DNA of 64,000 bases from Glaucostegus cemiculus (lineage: Eukaryota): contig CDPCPM010000263.1 in NCBI GenBank assembly GCA_976551045.1, positions 4,340,001 through 4,404,000 on the forward strand, written 5' to 3'. Positions 1-13,235 of this stretch are shown in pieces. The translations under genes were made by a program, and so were the position numbers. Below the pieces are notes generated by a model. That model was not told the origin of the DNA. It searched no databases and saw nothing but the letters and a program-made list of their open reading frames with translations. Within the stretch, counting starts at the first letter, position 1, and each line of letters opens with the position of its first letter.

Positions 1-588
1 CTTGCAAATTATTTTCCCTCTTCCACTGTAGTCCACTCCACTCCATAGGGACGGAGTCCTAAATAATATTAAATCTACATAAAGTAAAAGTTTATCCTTG
101 CACTCCAGTGTATCCGTTGCCTATCACTTCAAATCTCTGTCCCCAGTCCTTGAAATGGAATTCCAGAAATTGCTGTGCCCATTAAGGATGATTTAAATTG
201 GGCAAGGCTGGAGGCTCCATTTTCAAAAGGGGAATACAGCAATATATACCCTTAAATGAGCAGCTTTTGCAATCCTTTTCACTGTGATTTTAAAAACTTG
301 GCATGGAATTATTTGAATGTTTTAACCAGTTAAATCGATTCTGCACTTTTCTTCTCAGGCCCCCCTCAGACTTCCTCTCTTGCTTTACTGGTCCCCCTCC
401 TCTCTCAAATTTCCTTTATAAAGTATTTATAGACTCAATAATTAATTGCTGCAGTATATTTCACCCTTTGTATAAAGATTATATTTCTCTAATTTAATGT
501 AGGTTTTAACAAAACAGCAATTTAAATTCTGTCAATAACCTGTAAAGATCTGTTATGCTAATTTTATTTTTTTGTACTTTGGTTGCAG

Positions 589-629
589 CTTCATGTTCCC
601 AGTATCAGGGGGATTAGTTCCTCCCCAAG
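589..629 (+). CDS. SYNRG: SYNRG window exon 1 (41 nt): FMFPVSGGLVPPQ
   Basis: ttgcag|CTTCATG...CCCCAAG|gtatgt; resembles the N-terminal FMFPVAGGIRPPQ of mammalian SYNRG (recalled). Phase 2 in, phase 1 out. Confidence 0.9.
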
Positions 630-870
630 GTATGTATGGCAATGCTGCAATTCTACCATGCATATCTTGATGTTTTCCTTTTATGCATATGTAACATTTG
701 TGACCCATTATGTATCCTGTGTTGCTATTATTGCCATCAGTCTTTTAACCACTCATTACAATGCCCTAATTTTGCATGTATTTCTTTTAATGCATTCATG
801 AGTTCTAAATAAATTATTCTTCAGTTGATGGATTTGGTATATAAAGTAGATTAAAATTAGGAAATGCATA

Positions 871-959
871 AGAAGATAAGATTTCTTCATTAGTCACATG
901 TACATTGAAACACAAAGCAAAATGCATCTTTGCGTAGAATGTTCTGGGGGCAGCCCGCA
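871..959 (-). mobile_element. 5'-truncated copy (3' end only) of the SINE at 6643-6933
   Basis: ttagtcacatgtacattgaaacaca...gggcagcccgca is near-identical to 6656-6727. Flanked by gcata at 866-870 and 957-961. Confidence 0.85.
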
Positions 960-2095
960 TATAAATGTTCTGAACAGTGTACTGTGTACCAGATGGCCCT
1001 GCTTCACCATATAGATGTTGTCTTTTGTACAGTAATGGAAATGGTACTGAGGTTAGTTGCTATTGGTGATGCTTTTGGTAATGGGTGAAAGAATTCACTT
1101 ATGATCCCTTTCTTTTCACACACTCTCGCCTCCTAATGCTCATCATGTAAAATGAGCTAAGCAATGAACCTTGTGTTCCTTTTCCTTTCCTCCATTGCTG
1201 TCATTTGGCACCCCACCTTACATGCAAAAAGTCAGAATCTCACTGATGATGAGATATAGTTTGGTATAGCCAAGTTTTCAGCTTTTTCCTAGCAGCTTTC
1301 TCATGTTCACCCATGGACACATTTTCCATATGTGGGTTAAATTTCTCCTAAATTAACATCTGCGTCTGTATTCTCTGCTAGCCATGGGTTAGCATGATAC
1401 AGTCTAATAACTAACTTTGAATCTCAGCAAACCACTTACCAGAAAATACATTCACCCTAGAATGTGTTTTAAAAAAAACTTCTGCATTGAGTATGAAATA
1501 TATGCAAAACTTAACTACAGATAAAATAATATTTTGCATACACTGAAGTGGCAGCCCCAATACTTTCTTTACTACTTATACAGTTACTTGTGTTTTGTAC
1601 ATTAAATTAGAGTGAAAGGAAAGAACATCTTGAATTTGTTTTTTTTAATTACACATGACAACACTCTTCAGTAAGTAAGGTAGGAGCAGATTTTTTTTGT
1701 GATTAAAGTGTTGATGGGATTAAAATTGATATCTCAATGTTAATGATCACTTGCATCTTTCCATATGAGGAGGCAGCTTCTCATAACACAACCAAAAGGG
1801 GAGGCCATTTAGGGTGTCCATGTCTGTGTCTGCTCATTAAATTCTCTAAATCCTCTCTGCCCATATATTCCCTATATCTTAATAAGTTTTCAATTTTCAG
1901 ATATTTATGTGAATCACATTTAGTAGTAGTAATAATCTTATCTCTGTCATTGCTTCTCATAGTGTATTTCATTAAAATAAATAATTTTTAGCATATCTAC
2001 TTAGTCATGTAAAAGTTAAATTTATCTTACGAAGTCCCTTTTAAAGCACCCCGACTTGTCTCTGCTATTATGTAAGGAACTCCCTTTTTTTAAAT

Positions 2096-2177
2096 AAAAG
2101 CAGAAAGTGCTAGAAACACTCAACCAATCAGGCAGCATTTGTGGAAAGTTTCAAGTTGAAGATCCTTTGTCAGAACT
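2096..2177 (-). mobile_element. Penelope-like terminal repeat fragment with decayed hammerhead motif
   Basis: Reverse complement reads AGTT-CTGACAA-AGGATCTTCAACTT-GAAA, followed by the family tail seen in other copies. Confidence 0.6.
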
Positions 2178-2483
2178 TGGATTGTGTTCTTGTGAAGAAC
2201 CTTGTATTTAGTTTTGAGGTATGCAAACCTAAGTTTTACCTCTTGTCGTTTGTATATTATAAAACTTGCAATATTTCAGAAAGTTTTCATTACCAGAAAA
2301 TGTTCTACTTTTAAGCTTGGTGTAATCCTTAGTTACTCTGCTTTTCTAATCCTTTCTAAGTTTTTGTTAGTGCGAAGAGGAAACATGCAAATTCTTTTTA
2401 ACATGTACCATATGTTTCTGTAAAATTTCAGCCAGTATAAATTTATCCACTTTACTATTCTGTAACCCTCTGAAATCATATAC

Positions 2484-2610
2484 ATAAGAACACAGGAACT
2501 AGAAGAAGATTAGGCCATATAGCCCCTTGTTTCTATTCCGCCATTCAATGACTGTAGCTGAAGTTGTACCAGTGATACTTTCCTGCACCAGCCCTCATGT
2601 CCCTTAATAT
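2484..2610 (-). mobile_element. CR1-type LINE 3' tail fragment
   Basis: cataagaacacaggaactagaagaagattaggccat is the reverse complement of the tail type ending at 6069 and 20560. Confidence 0.5.
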
Positions 2611-3269
2611 CAACAGTCATCACACTTCATATTTCTGTGAGATGAACATTTTTCTTTATCATTATTCATTGAAGTCCAGATTGTCTGACTGGCTCCACTC
2701 TTTAGAGCTCCTCAGTTTAAACAAAAATCCATTAACCATTCATCTCTTGGTTCAGCACTTTATCTTTCTCCTATCCATGATTCCATATTTCTTTGTAAGT
2801 GAAAAAAGAAACACTGTTAACTTCAGTCAACATGCCATCACTCTGATGTGCAAAAATTGCCATGAGGTTGAATTCACAAAAGAAAAACTATGTGGCATTC
2901 CTCGAAAATGGATAACTGACTGAATGTGGACCTAACACGAGCAATAATTGTATTTCAGTCAGATTTACTATACTGAAGAGGTTGTCCAAAACTGACTGCA
3001 TGTGGTCATTCAGAACACGTGCTGCCCTTTGTTTCTCTTACCATGGAACAGATTTCCTATATTCATCCGAGAGGCATACAACCAGATGCCATTTTCAATG
3101 GGAATTTATTTTCAATTACAGACATTTTTCTCAACACCATTTCTGCCAGTCATTCATCTGTAATAATGGCTCAGATTTTCCCTCTCCATTTTTTTATAGT
3201 GGGCACTTCCAACAGCTCTGTTATTAGTAATACATAACACAGACAAAGAAACATAATGTGCTTCCAACC

Positions 3270-3522
3270 TCTACATTAACTCGTTTACCTCGTTTGGTTC
3301 ACTCTATCAGAGGTATTCCCTTTGATCTACTCATCCTTCCCTGTCTTCCCTGCAAGTGAAAATTAATCTATTTTCTCTGTTTTCCAGTTCTAACAAAAGG
3401 TCTCAGGCTTGAAATGTGAACTCCTTTTCCCTTTCCACAGATGCTGTCTGACCGGCTGAGTGTATCTTGCATTTTCTGTTTTTATTTGCAGATTTCTGGT
3501 ATCTGTCGTGTTTTTGATTTTC
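3270..3522 (+). mobile_element. Penelope-like terminal repeat with decayed hammerhead motif
   Basis: AGTT(3386)-CTAACAA-AAGGTCTCAGGCTT-GAAA-TGTG-AACT(3422), then ccacagatgctgtctgaccggctgag...attttctgtt. Confidence 0.7.
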
Positions 3523-4540
3523 AAGCCATATTTTTATGTGCAGAGTCTATTTCTGCAAAATGATTATTTCTGAAAACTAGAATAACGTAAACATTTTAAA
3601 TAATTCATTTCTAGATCTGTTATAATCCATGTATTTTGAAAATCTTTAAGCATTTTATGCCAAAATAAATTATAATATTTAGAGTTTATTACTTACTGGT
3701 TTGCTGTCAGAATTCGTTGGTCTTTTATTGGCTGCTTAGCTGGTTAGAATACTTCACTTTTACTAGAGACCAAATTTCCTTACCCCCACCAATATTGTGA
3801 TGTTTGTTTGTCAAAGCAAAAGAGAACAATCCCAACTGAGTGAATACATTATCAGTGTTAAAAAGGTATTCAGTACCCTGTACTGCTCACCACTGTCAGA
3901 GGGCCTCAGGGTACCAACAGGCACTCCATGTTCTTTCACCGTAGAGAAGTTTATACGTTAAGTACAAAGCAATAATTACTGAAGTCTTAGAGGACCAACA
4001 TATTGTGGTTCTTTTTCCCTTTTTCCAGACCAAGACTTGCAAGGATGGCAGGCTGCCAGGGTGACCAATAGTGTGGAGAGGAGACGTATAGAATTGGGTT
4101 TTTTTGCTTTTAATCTCTTTCCAATGAATGTTGCAGTAACTTGATATGGGTTGAGAACAGGATCATACTGAGCTACAATAATGTCAGCAATTAAAAGTAA
4201 TCTGTTGACAAAAGCAGTCAAGGTTCACACTTTGCTGGTATTTTAAGTGATACAGAAGGTTGATGTGCTATCAATCTGGAAAAAGCTTTTTTTAAGGGAA
4301 AAGTAGACAACTTGTTCGTTTAAATTATCAAAGTCCTCAGTAATTATTGCCTCATGCTTATTCTTGATTCTCAATGCTTTTTATTGCTGTCTGTAAACTC
4401 GATCATTAGTTAAGCAAGTTAAATTGAGGATTCTCTTCAGTATAGCTTAAATTATCTTTTCCTTAGTCCCAGGATAAGTCAGGTTTTTAAAAAAATCATT
4501 ATTTTAACATTCTCTGAACTGACATTTGGTGGTACTAAAA

Positions 4541-4885
4541 GGCAGCAGGTGCATGGGAACACCACCAGTTTACAAGTTTCACTGTAATTGTATAAACACA
4601 TGATGCACAGAGCATTCATTTGTTGCAAGCTGAGCCACATTGTTCAACACGTCATTTTTTGTGCTAATTGCCCTCAAAGGCATACTTTATCTCAGCTTTG
4701 ATTGTATACTGCTATTCCTTCTTCATCATTGGGTCTAAATCCTGGCACTCACTACCCAACACCACCATGGGAATGCAATCGTCAGTAGAACTCCAGTGGT
4801 TCAGGAAGAGAGCTCACCACCACTTTCAATAAATGCTGACCTTACCTGCAATGTCCAAATCCCATTAAAAATGAATAAATAAACA
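4541..4885 (+). mobile_element. Old CR1/L2-group LINE 3' end
   Basis: gtggttcaggaagagagctcaccaccac...aataaatgctgacctt tail, similar to 22505-22585 and 48805-48860. Confidence 0.5.
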
Positions 4886-5064
4886 AAGGTTGCTATGGGC
4901 ACAGAGACCTCAAGTTATATGTTATAATGAGCACATGATTTGTAGAATGCCATAATCCATTTCAGCCTTGAAAGCTCAGCATCATATTTCCAAGTAACAT
5001 TTAGCTTAATGTTATGTATTTAGAAAGGTATCTTCATTATTATATAATATTTGCTTAACAGGAA

Positions 5065-6069
5065 GAAGAATTGGCATACATGAGTCATTTTCAGATGGCC
5101 AATCAGTGGGTCACCACAGGGGTCTGTGCTGGAACCTCAACTATTTACAATCCATGTTAATGACTTGGATGAAGGCATGGAACATACTGTAGCCAAATGT
5201 CCTGATGTAAAGATAGTTGGATAGGCAAGCTCTGAGGAGGATACAAAGAGTCTGCAAAGGGATATAGTAGGTTAAGTGAGTGGACAAGAAGTTAGCAGAT
5301 GGGGTACAACATTGGAAAATGTAGGGTTATCCTCTTCATAAGGAAAATTAAAAAAGAAAATTATTATTTAAATTGAATGAGATGACAAAATGTTGCAGTG
5401 CAATTGGATTTGGGGTTTTATGCAGATAAAATACAAAAAGTTAACATGTAGGTATAGCAGGTGATTAAGAAGACTAATGACACATAGTTTTATTTTGTAA
5501 GGTATGTGGAGTATAAAAGTAAGGAAATTTTGAGGCAACTTTACAGGTTAGACTGCATACAGTTTTCCCTCCATATTTAAGGAGGGAAGTACTTGCATTG
5601 AATGTAGTGCAGAGTAGGTTCACTGGGTTCATTCCCGAGATGAAAGGGTTGATGAACAGGGAAAATAATTGGGCCTACTCTCAATGAAGAATAGGATGAG
5701 AGGTGAACTTATTAAAATGCATAAGATTCCAAGGGGGTGTTGAAAGCATGGATCCTTTAGTGGGGATATCTTGAACTATGGGACATTGGCTCAGAATAAG
5801 AGGCTGCTAGTTTAAAGCTGAGATGAGGAATTTCTTTTCTCGGTCATAGATCTCTGGAATTCTCTACCCCAGTGAGTTTTAGGGGCAAAGTTATTGCATA
5901 TATTGAAGGTAGAGCTTGACAGACACTTGAATTACAAGTGGGTGGTATGGGAAAAGAGCAGGAAGGTGGTGTTAAGGCCAACACTGGGTCAACTATGATG
6001 TCATTGCACCGTAGAGCATACTCAAGGTGCCAATTAGCCTACTCCTGTTCTTTTGTGTTCTTATGTTCT
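5065..6069 (+). mobile_element. CR1 LINE 3' part (degenerate RT C-terminus and 3' tail)
   Basis: Sequence from 5105 translates SGSPQGSVLEPQLFTIHVNDLDEG (RT PQGSVLGP...INDL motif). Ends in cctactcctgttc...cttatgttct tail. Confidence 0.85.
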
Positions 6070-6178
6070 ATATTCTTATTTCCAATGGAATTGTTCAAAG
6101 TACTGTGTTATTCTTCATATTTTAAGAAACTGCACAAAGTTGAAATGAAGCTTTCCACTTCTCAATTTTTCTGTGTAG

Positions 6179-6306
6179 GAATGACACCAATGCAGCAGCA
6201 GCAGCAGCAGGGATACCCCATGGTACCTTTGATGCAGCCGAACATGCAAGGCATGATGGGAATGAATTTTGGTTCGCAGATGCCTCCTGGATCAATGCCG
6301 ATGCAG
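6179..6306 (+). CDS. SYNRG: SYNRG window exon 2 (128 nt): GMTPMQQQQQQGYPMVPLMQPNMQGMMGMNFGSQMPPGSMPMQ
   Basis: tgtgtag|GA...ATGCAG|gtagtt; in ORF 5938-6321. Confidence 0.95.
6193..6210 (+). repeat. (CAG)6 coding microsatellite
   Basis: Six uninterrupted CAG codons. Confidence 0.95.
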
Positions 6307-6642
6307 GTAGTTCAGGAATGAAAATTGGACCTGTATTATTCTTTGTTCTATTCTAAACATCTTCTTCGTATGATATTTAGAATAGAACAATTTGGCTATA
6401 TTAATAGCTTCTGAATGGTTGGGTATGGTACCATTTCCTTCATAGATTTGAGTTCCTAGTCTCCTCTACAAGACGTGGAAGGTGTTAACAACTATGAGAA
6501 ATATGAGCGGGAGTATACTGTGCCTAGATCATGTTTTCATTTTTGCCTGAAAGAGGGTAAAATAAGAAAGTCTAAATGAGTCTCAAACAGTAATTGTACA
6601 ACCCAAAGGGCTATCTAGAAATAATATTTTTTTTTTAATATA

Positions 6643-6933
6643 CAAGATATCTTTATTAGTCACATGTACATTGAAACACACAGTGAAAATCATCTTTTGC
6701 ATAGAGCGTTCTGAGGGCAGCCCGCAAGTGTCACCACGCTTCCGGCACCAACATAGCTTGTCCACAACTTCGTAACCCATACGTCTTTGGAATGTGGGAG
6801 GAAACCGGAGCACCCGGAGGAAACCCACGCAGTCACTGGGAGAATGTACAAAATCCTTACAGACAGTGGCTGGAATTGAACCCGGGTCGCTGGTGCTGTA
6901 ATAGCGCTACACTAACCGCTACACTCCCTTGCC
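6643..6933 (-). mobile_element. Full-length tRNA-derived V-SINE
   Basis: Minus strand has an A-box-like TAGCGGTTAG, B-box GGTTCAATTCC (6872-6882), V-domain GGGTTTCCTCCGGGTGCTCCGGTTTCCTCCCA and a tail ending catgtgactaataaaga. Confidence 0.9.
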
Positions 6934-7520
6934 TTGCACACCAAGCTGTCAATTTTGCAGGGAAAGGAGAAGTTGTGCAGTCAAATGCTTTTTGCCCCAA
7001 CGGAATTTTTTCCAAGAACCCTATTTCCCTCCCCAACCCCTTTCACAAATCCGATCACAGTGACAATATATAACCTTGGGCTTGTTGACGTCACAATTCC
7101 ACCCCATGCTGTGTGAAATACTGTTTAAACCTAATCTTGAGACAGAATAATTTATTGTTGCATATTACTCAAAAGCTTTATCAAAATGAACACTGTACTT
7201 GATGGGCACTGTGTCAATGGAATGTTTGTTTAAAGGGTACACTTGGCTATCAATTGCTTTCCCATATGTTGTACAATGTTTGCTTAATTATTAACAACTC
7301 ACTCAAGTGTGCATTGAGCTACCATGGTGATGTTTCCATCAGACGATTATTATTATACAGCTGTACTAAACAAGGCTCAGAGGGTCCAAAGGAGATGAGC
7401 AAGTTCTGGAGATGAAACTAGCCAGAAAGGCAACTAAGTTGGACTGAATAACTTCATTCATTTCTGTTGCATTCAATTGGAGGTACTGTTTTAATTACTT
7501 ATAATCTTTACATCAATCAG

Positions 7521-7651
7521 GGTAGAATGGCAATGGGCCCAATGCCACCAGCTGGAATGCCATATATGCCACAGCATCATTACATGGCAATGCGTCCTTC
7601 TCCGCCACAGTACACACCGGATATGCAAAAGCAGTTTGCTGAAGAGCAACA
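7521..7651 (+). CDS. SYNRG: SYNRG window exon 3 (131 nt): GRMAMGPMPPAGMPY...QYTPDMQKQFAEEQQ
   Basis: aatcag|GGT...CAACA|gtaaga; conserved QYTPDMQKQFAEEQQ. Confidence 0.95.
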
Positions 7652-8306
7652 GTAAGATTGTTTTCTATTCAGAATGATTTGTATCTATTGTACAGCTTAT
7701 AGTATTTCCTTAAAAATAATAAGCAAAAGAAAGCTATTGTTTTGGTCATTAAGTAGTGGAAATGACTTTGGAGGGCTGCAAATACTGAACAAATGATTAG
7801 CAGGTCACAAGCTAGCAAATGTCTTTTTTTGAGTGTTCCTGACTTTATTTGAACCCAACAAGTATGACTTGTAAAAGTAAATTAAGTTTTTTTTTTCTTG
7901 ACTTCATTGATTACTTGTGTCTCCTTCCACACTATAATCCCCTTATACAGTATTCCTTTCCCAGTGGACTGTTAAATATTACTTGTATTGACAATATTAG
8001 GAGCATTTCATTTCTTGTTATATTGAAACCATTCAGACCCTCCAAATGTAGACTCCATGCAGAGTGGTTAAATTCTTGACTATTTCCTGAAACATTTGCA
8101 TTAAAAATAAATGGCTCTATGATAAAATATTCAACTGCAAAGCAGGCTAATTAATGTAATTTATCAAGTTAACTTTTGATAGTTTTGTCTTTTAGGGAGG
8201 AATGGGAAATGGGTTAATCGGTTACTGTATTGGTACAAGAATGGAATGTGAATTTAACAGTAACTATTCATTGTTGTTTAGCCTTTGATCACTTCTGCTT
8301 TTCTAG

Positions 8307-8412
8307 AAAACGGTTTGAACAGCAACAAAAGATGATGGAGGAGGAACGGAAGCGGCGACAATTTGAAGAACAAAAGCAGAAGCTTCGTCTTCTGAGCAGT
8401 GTAAAGCCTAAG
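8307..8412 (+). CDS. SYNRG: SYNRG window exon 4 (106 nt), coiled coil: KRFEQQQKMMEEERKRRQFEEQKQKLRLLSSVKPK
   Basis: ttctag|A...CCTAAG|gtatca. Confidence 0.97.
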
Positions 8413-10972
8413 GTATCACTCAGCAACTTCATAAATGTACTTTCGTTCTATTTGGTTCATTGTATGTATTGGCAAAGAAAGTCTTCAAGTTTCAGAACAG
8501 ATACTTTCTTTGGTGAAAATCAAAACTGTTTGCTATTGTCAGAGCTGCTTGTGTAATCTATTGGAGCGACTATAATCTGCATTTAATGGACTGAATTATG
8601 CTGCTACAGTTCATGGCCACGTTCTGGGCTTACGGACATGCATTATGAAACAGAAGTCTGAGATTTAATTACGGGCTTGGGAATCCCCATGGAAAACGCC
8701 AATTGATTTCAATAGGGGTTTTGGCAGGCAGTGGAGAAGGTAAATTATTTTGCTTTAATTTAATGTTTTTAATAAATCCTCTGATTTGCATTTTTAGTTA
8801 ACTTGAGTTTTAAAACCATTTTATAACTTTAATTTTTTAAAATTATTTACTTCAATTTTAATAGTTGTTTACAAAGTGCTTCTGAATGTCTTTATTAAAA
8901 AATAAAGACCCCGCCTGATTTTTGCCTTCTGTCAAAGGTTGTTAGAGGTATTTAGGGAGCTGGGAACTCTGCCACCTGTGCCCTGTTGCTTTGTGGACCA
9001 CGCTGTTAGGCTCTATAAGGTGAGAGGACCAGAGAGGTATGCCCTCCAGATCCAGCCCAGGTATGCTCGGGTACATTGAGCTGGGATTCTGTGGAATGAG
9101 TGTCCATCATGACTGAGCCCATTGTTCTAAGTGGGTCTGACCTATCAGTGATGCGGCACCCTTCCTTCAAAGACTTGGAGAAGGGGTAACTGAACAAAGA
9201 AACTCAACTAATTGAGGTCTTCAGAAACCAAAGAGGTTGACTTAACAGAAGGTAACTTGATCAGGCAGTTTGGCTCAAGAAGGTGTTGGTTTTTGTGCAT
9301 GGTCACTTTTGATTTAACTGATTTATATAGGTAATGGTACATTGAAAGTTTAGAAAAAAATTCAGCAAGGTTCCCAATCATGAAAATTTGTTGATACTAA
9401 CCAATTTCAAAAAGTCTCTCCCCTCCTTGTCAAAGGTTGCTCATCAATTCATCATGGATGAAAGGTCCCAGTAAGGCATGCAGAACCTCAAGGGGAAAAG
9501 TGTGAGAAATTGGGGAAAAATTACTGAACTTCATAAACAATGGCCAGAATTTTGCAGTTAATGATGTACATTTAGCACAAGCAGTTCATTACACAAACAA
9601 TTCCTGATAGACTTTCTGCATCTCAACTGGGTATTATCAGAAAGTTAACTCTCTGTGATGCCCTCAAAGGGAGTATTGGAACTTGCGTGAAAAGAGTAAC
9701 TGTTATTTCCTTAACAAATCAGCTTGAAAAACCCTTAATGACAGTAATTAAATCAATTAAGTCAAAATAATCTTTTGATTAAGAGATAAAAGGGGTAAGA
9801 ACATTATCATCTTTAACAATTAAAAATCTGAAGCAATGAGACCTGACATTATTAAAAGTTAATTTTCATTGGCAGACAATATTATCTTGTGGTTAAAAAT
9901 ATATGTGTGCCCGAATGGGCAAGCTCTTTGTTTTGCTGCCAGGTGGGTGTGTATTTGGATACTCTTTAAGAGTTATCTATCTGTATTGTTCCTGGAGAGC
10001 AGCTTGGACAGTAACTTCATGATTCCTGTATTTGTATGTGCAGTTGGAGGAATTGAAGTCTTCTTTACTTTTCAGTAACAGTAGCTGCTGATGGCCTCTG
10101 AATAGCAGATCTCCGGCAAAAACAATTAATGCTGCCCCCTTTAATTCTTTTAAATAAAATCTTAGGTTGCTAATAATATTGTCTAAGGTTATGAGGACAC
10201 ATTATTCATTCTGGGAAAACAGTGGAAGGAATTGTGTGTTTAAGGAACCATAGATTAGGATAGAGTACAATCCGTCACATTGAATAATGTATCATGCATG
10301 GATGGATTAATTGAGTGTTTTCTTTATATAATGAGTTTTGTGAATAGTAGGGGAAATATTGGAGCTGCATACAATTTAATTCAGCAGCTGAGTGAATTCA
10401 TTATGAGAAATTGTAGACATTTTGCAGGGTTGATTTTTATTTTTGATCTGTTTTTATGTGCTTTAATGATGCTGTATTATGCTGGTCTTCCTTTGTGGGC
10501 AAACTGTTTCTGGCCTTGGTTTATGGCCTATAGAATCCAGCTGCAGGGAGTTGTATAAGAGCAGCTCCCACTGTATTCTTGTTTCCTTGGGATTCCTGTT
10601 TACTGCCTGTCCACAGTACCATGGGTTGAAGTACCTTTATAATTTTATAAATATAGAAAAATATGAGTGGTTTTGGTTCTCTACACTGTGCATCTTTAAG
10701 TTGCTCTACAGTTTCTATAGTGGTGTAGGTGTTGCCCCAGTCATGCACTTTTTTCCCTGATTCTACACTGTCTTTCTGTGGACCTTCATGCCATCTGTTC
10801 ATTTTTATTGGATCTGTCGTCATATAAAAGAGTCAGGCACATTTTATATAAACTGCTTTGTTTTTTTTTACGCAGTGTAAGTGTAATACTTCATGTTATT
10901 TTATCAATGCTTTTTCCCCCAATTTTATCTAATTTAATAATAATTCACTTGTCTCTCTCATTCTGGTTTCAG

Positions 10973-11084
10973 ATGGGGGAAAAAAACAGAGATGATGCCT
11001 TGGAAGCTATTAAAGGAAACCTTGCTGGGTTCACAAGGGATGCAAAGATGCACCCAGGCCCCACTTCACATTCCAGTAAATCAG
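10973..11084 (+). CDS. SYNRG: SYNRG window exon 5 (112 nt): MGEKNRDDALEAIKGNLAGFTRDAKMHPGPTSHSSKS
   Basis: tttcag|ATG...TCAG|gtcagt. Confidence 0.96.
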
Positions 11085-11854
11085 GTCAGTATTACTTTAA
11101 ACAAATGAAGCTCATTATAAAAGTAAAGGGCTACCAACTTAGATGCTTAAAATTTGACAAGAAGATACTCTTGTCCATGATTTATGATTGTGATAAAATG
11201 AATCGCGAGGAGAACTAAAGTTATTTGAAACATTGCAGGCTTCCACCCATGCTATCTCACATCCCAATATTTTTCAGTACTGAGTGAAAGTAACTTTCTG
11301 CTGCACAGCAGTCCACAAGAATAAATGGTGCTAATGTATTTCTTTTTGTTTTGCTCTCCACCCCTATACAAAATCTGGTTGTTCAGGTTTGGGTAGGGTG
11401 GGAATCTGCTCCCACCAGATGCAGAACATGGAGTTTTCAACAGGGAATAGGCACTGGCCAAATTTTAGATACTGAATCGGGGGTAGTAATTAATCTGTTT
11501 TGAAAAGGCAAAGGGAAAAGCACTGCAAATTTTCTAAATATTAGCGTTCTTTAAGCAGTGAGGAAAATATCAATCCGTTGAACAGAAAATTAAAATTTTC
11601 TGTGCGGTATTGGCAACCAAACTTCAATTTGATTTCATTACTGCAGGTTGGAAAATGTTGGCAATAAGCTTTAGACACAAACCATTTTTTTGTGTCTTAT
11701 ACATTCTAGTGCTGTTGCCCATATCCAAAGATCCTTTTCAATGGATTTTGCAACCTATTACTGGCAGTGAATAACTCTGAATCGACCTATGTTGACAGAG
11801 CTGTGCCTCCTGTCAAAGAGCAACTGTTTTGCTGGCTCAATTAATGAATATAGA

Positions 11855-12000
11855 AGTGCACCAGGGGGATTAGAAAGGTCCTAGGCTTGATCCTTGGTTT
11901 AGTCAAGGCTGATTTCAGCAGTAGTGAGGACACCAAGTTTGGGTTTCTCTCCATGAGAAAGGGAAAGAAAAACAACCCGTGATTTTGCTCTTGAATGTGT
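11855..12000 (+). mobile_element. Ancient SINE remnant, LF-SINE-like
   Basis: aaggtcctaggcttgatccttgg...gctgatttcagc...agggaaagaaaaac resembles a recalled LF-SINE-type consensus; similar to 27930-28060. Confidence 0.35.
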
Positions 12001-12929
12001 CTGGGAGATGAAGTTGGATCAGAATCGGTGACTGAGGTAACTCCTAACCACTGCCACTGATTGCCAGCTCAGGTTTAGCCACTTGAACAGTAACCCATAA
12101 ATGAATATTTTAAATCATTTATTAACATTTTTTAAAAATTAAATTTTCTAGTCAGTTTTATAATACTGAAGAAAAACCAGCCTCTCATGCAAATTTGAAA
12201 TACTATACATATATATAAAAACTGCTTTGATCCAAGTAGTATAACTTCTTGCGTTAAGGCAATAGTCCCATTTGTTTTAATTTTCTAGACCCAAGATGTC
12301 TGTCTTTGATGCCAATGTTTTGTTATTTACTGTTTGAGATGTTGAATTAATATACAGTGTTACTACATTGGATTAATTCCTAAATTTAATTGGATTGTGT
12401 TTTTTGTTTGATGTGTTACATGGTGCTTAACAAATGTGGAAACCTAACATGCTACTTTATCATGCTGTGGCTGCATCTAATCTATTCTATCAGTAAGACT
12501 GCATCTAACAGCATCCCTCTGAGTTCCTTAAAAAGGCACAGGGGGATATTATTTGTGCTTTTTTTCATGTGTTAAGAATACTAACCAATTTACACAGTAT
12601 CTTTGGCTTGCCTGCAATCTTGGTTGTTCCATTTGACTCTAGGGAGGGAAGGAATCTTAATAACAATTATAACCTGCTTTCTTCTTTCGAGGTTATTCCT
12701 GGTCTGGTGTAGGTATGGTTGGCTGTTGTAATGCTTTCAAAAAATAAGAAGTGCATCATTTGGAAATAAGCAGTGATAAACTGCTTTTTTTATATTTAAC
12801 ATGCTTTGGGGAAAAGAAACGGTAGACAATTGGGGAACAAAAAGTATTCTCATATTTGGATTTGTCATTTTTTTGCATGATTTTCTTATTCAAAAACAGA
12901 TTTAGGTGTTGCTTGGTCAGATCAGCATT

Positions 12930-13235
12930 TAATGGCCTTCAGCAGAGGACAGCTTAGAGTGAGCCACATTTCTGGGGTTACATGTAGGACCATGCTGGGT
13001 AAGATTAGCAGGTTAACTCTTCTGATATTGGTGAACCACTTAGGTTTTGCAATGATCCGGCAGGTTCATGATCATCATTACTGACACTAGTTTTTTCTTA
13101 AACTCTTAGCATTTATTTAATTATTTGAATTTAAATGCTCCAGTTGCTCTCATGGGATACAAACTCGCTTCTAGATTTTTATTCACGGTCTCTAATTTGC
13201 AAATGCAATAACTTAACCACGCTTCTGTACTGCCA
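12930..13235 (-). mobile_element. Old SINE, same family as 48512-48870
   Basis: Reverse complement aligns by eye with 48512-48800 (e.g. aaattcaaataattaaataaatg vs aagttcaagtaattgaataaatc). Confidence 0.5.

Noticed and set aside
6860-6933. tRNA gene
   Set aside because: The A/B boxes continue directly into a V-domain and LINE-type tail, so this is a SINE head; no complete cloverleaf is evident.
9541-10120. DNA transposon/MITE with terminal inverted repeats
   Set aside because: The putative ends match at only about 9 of 14 positions and no target duplication is visible.
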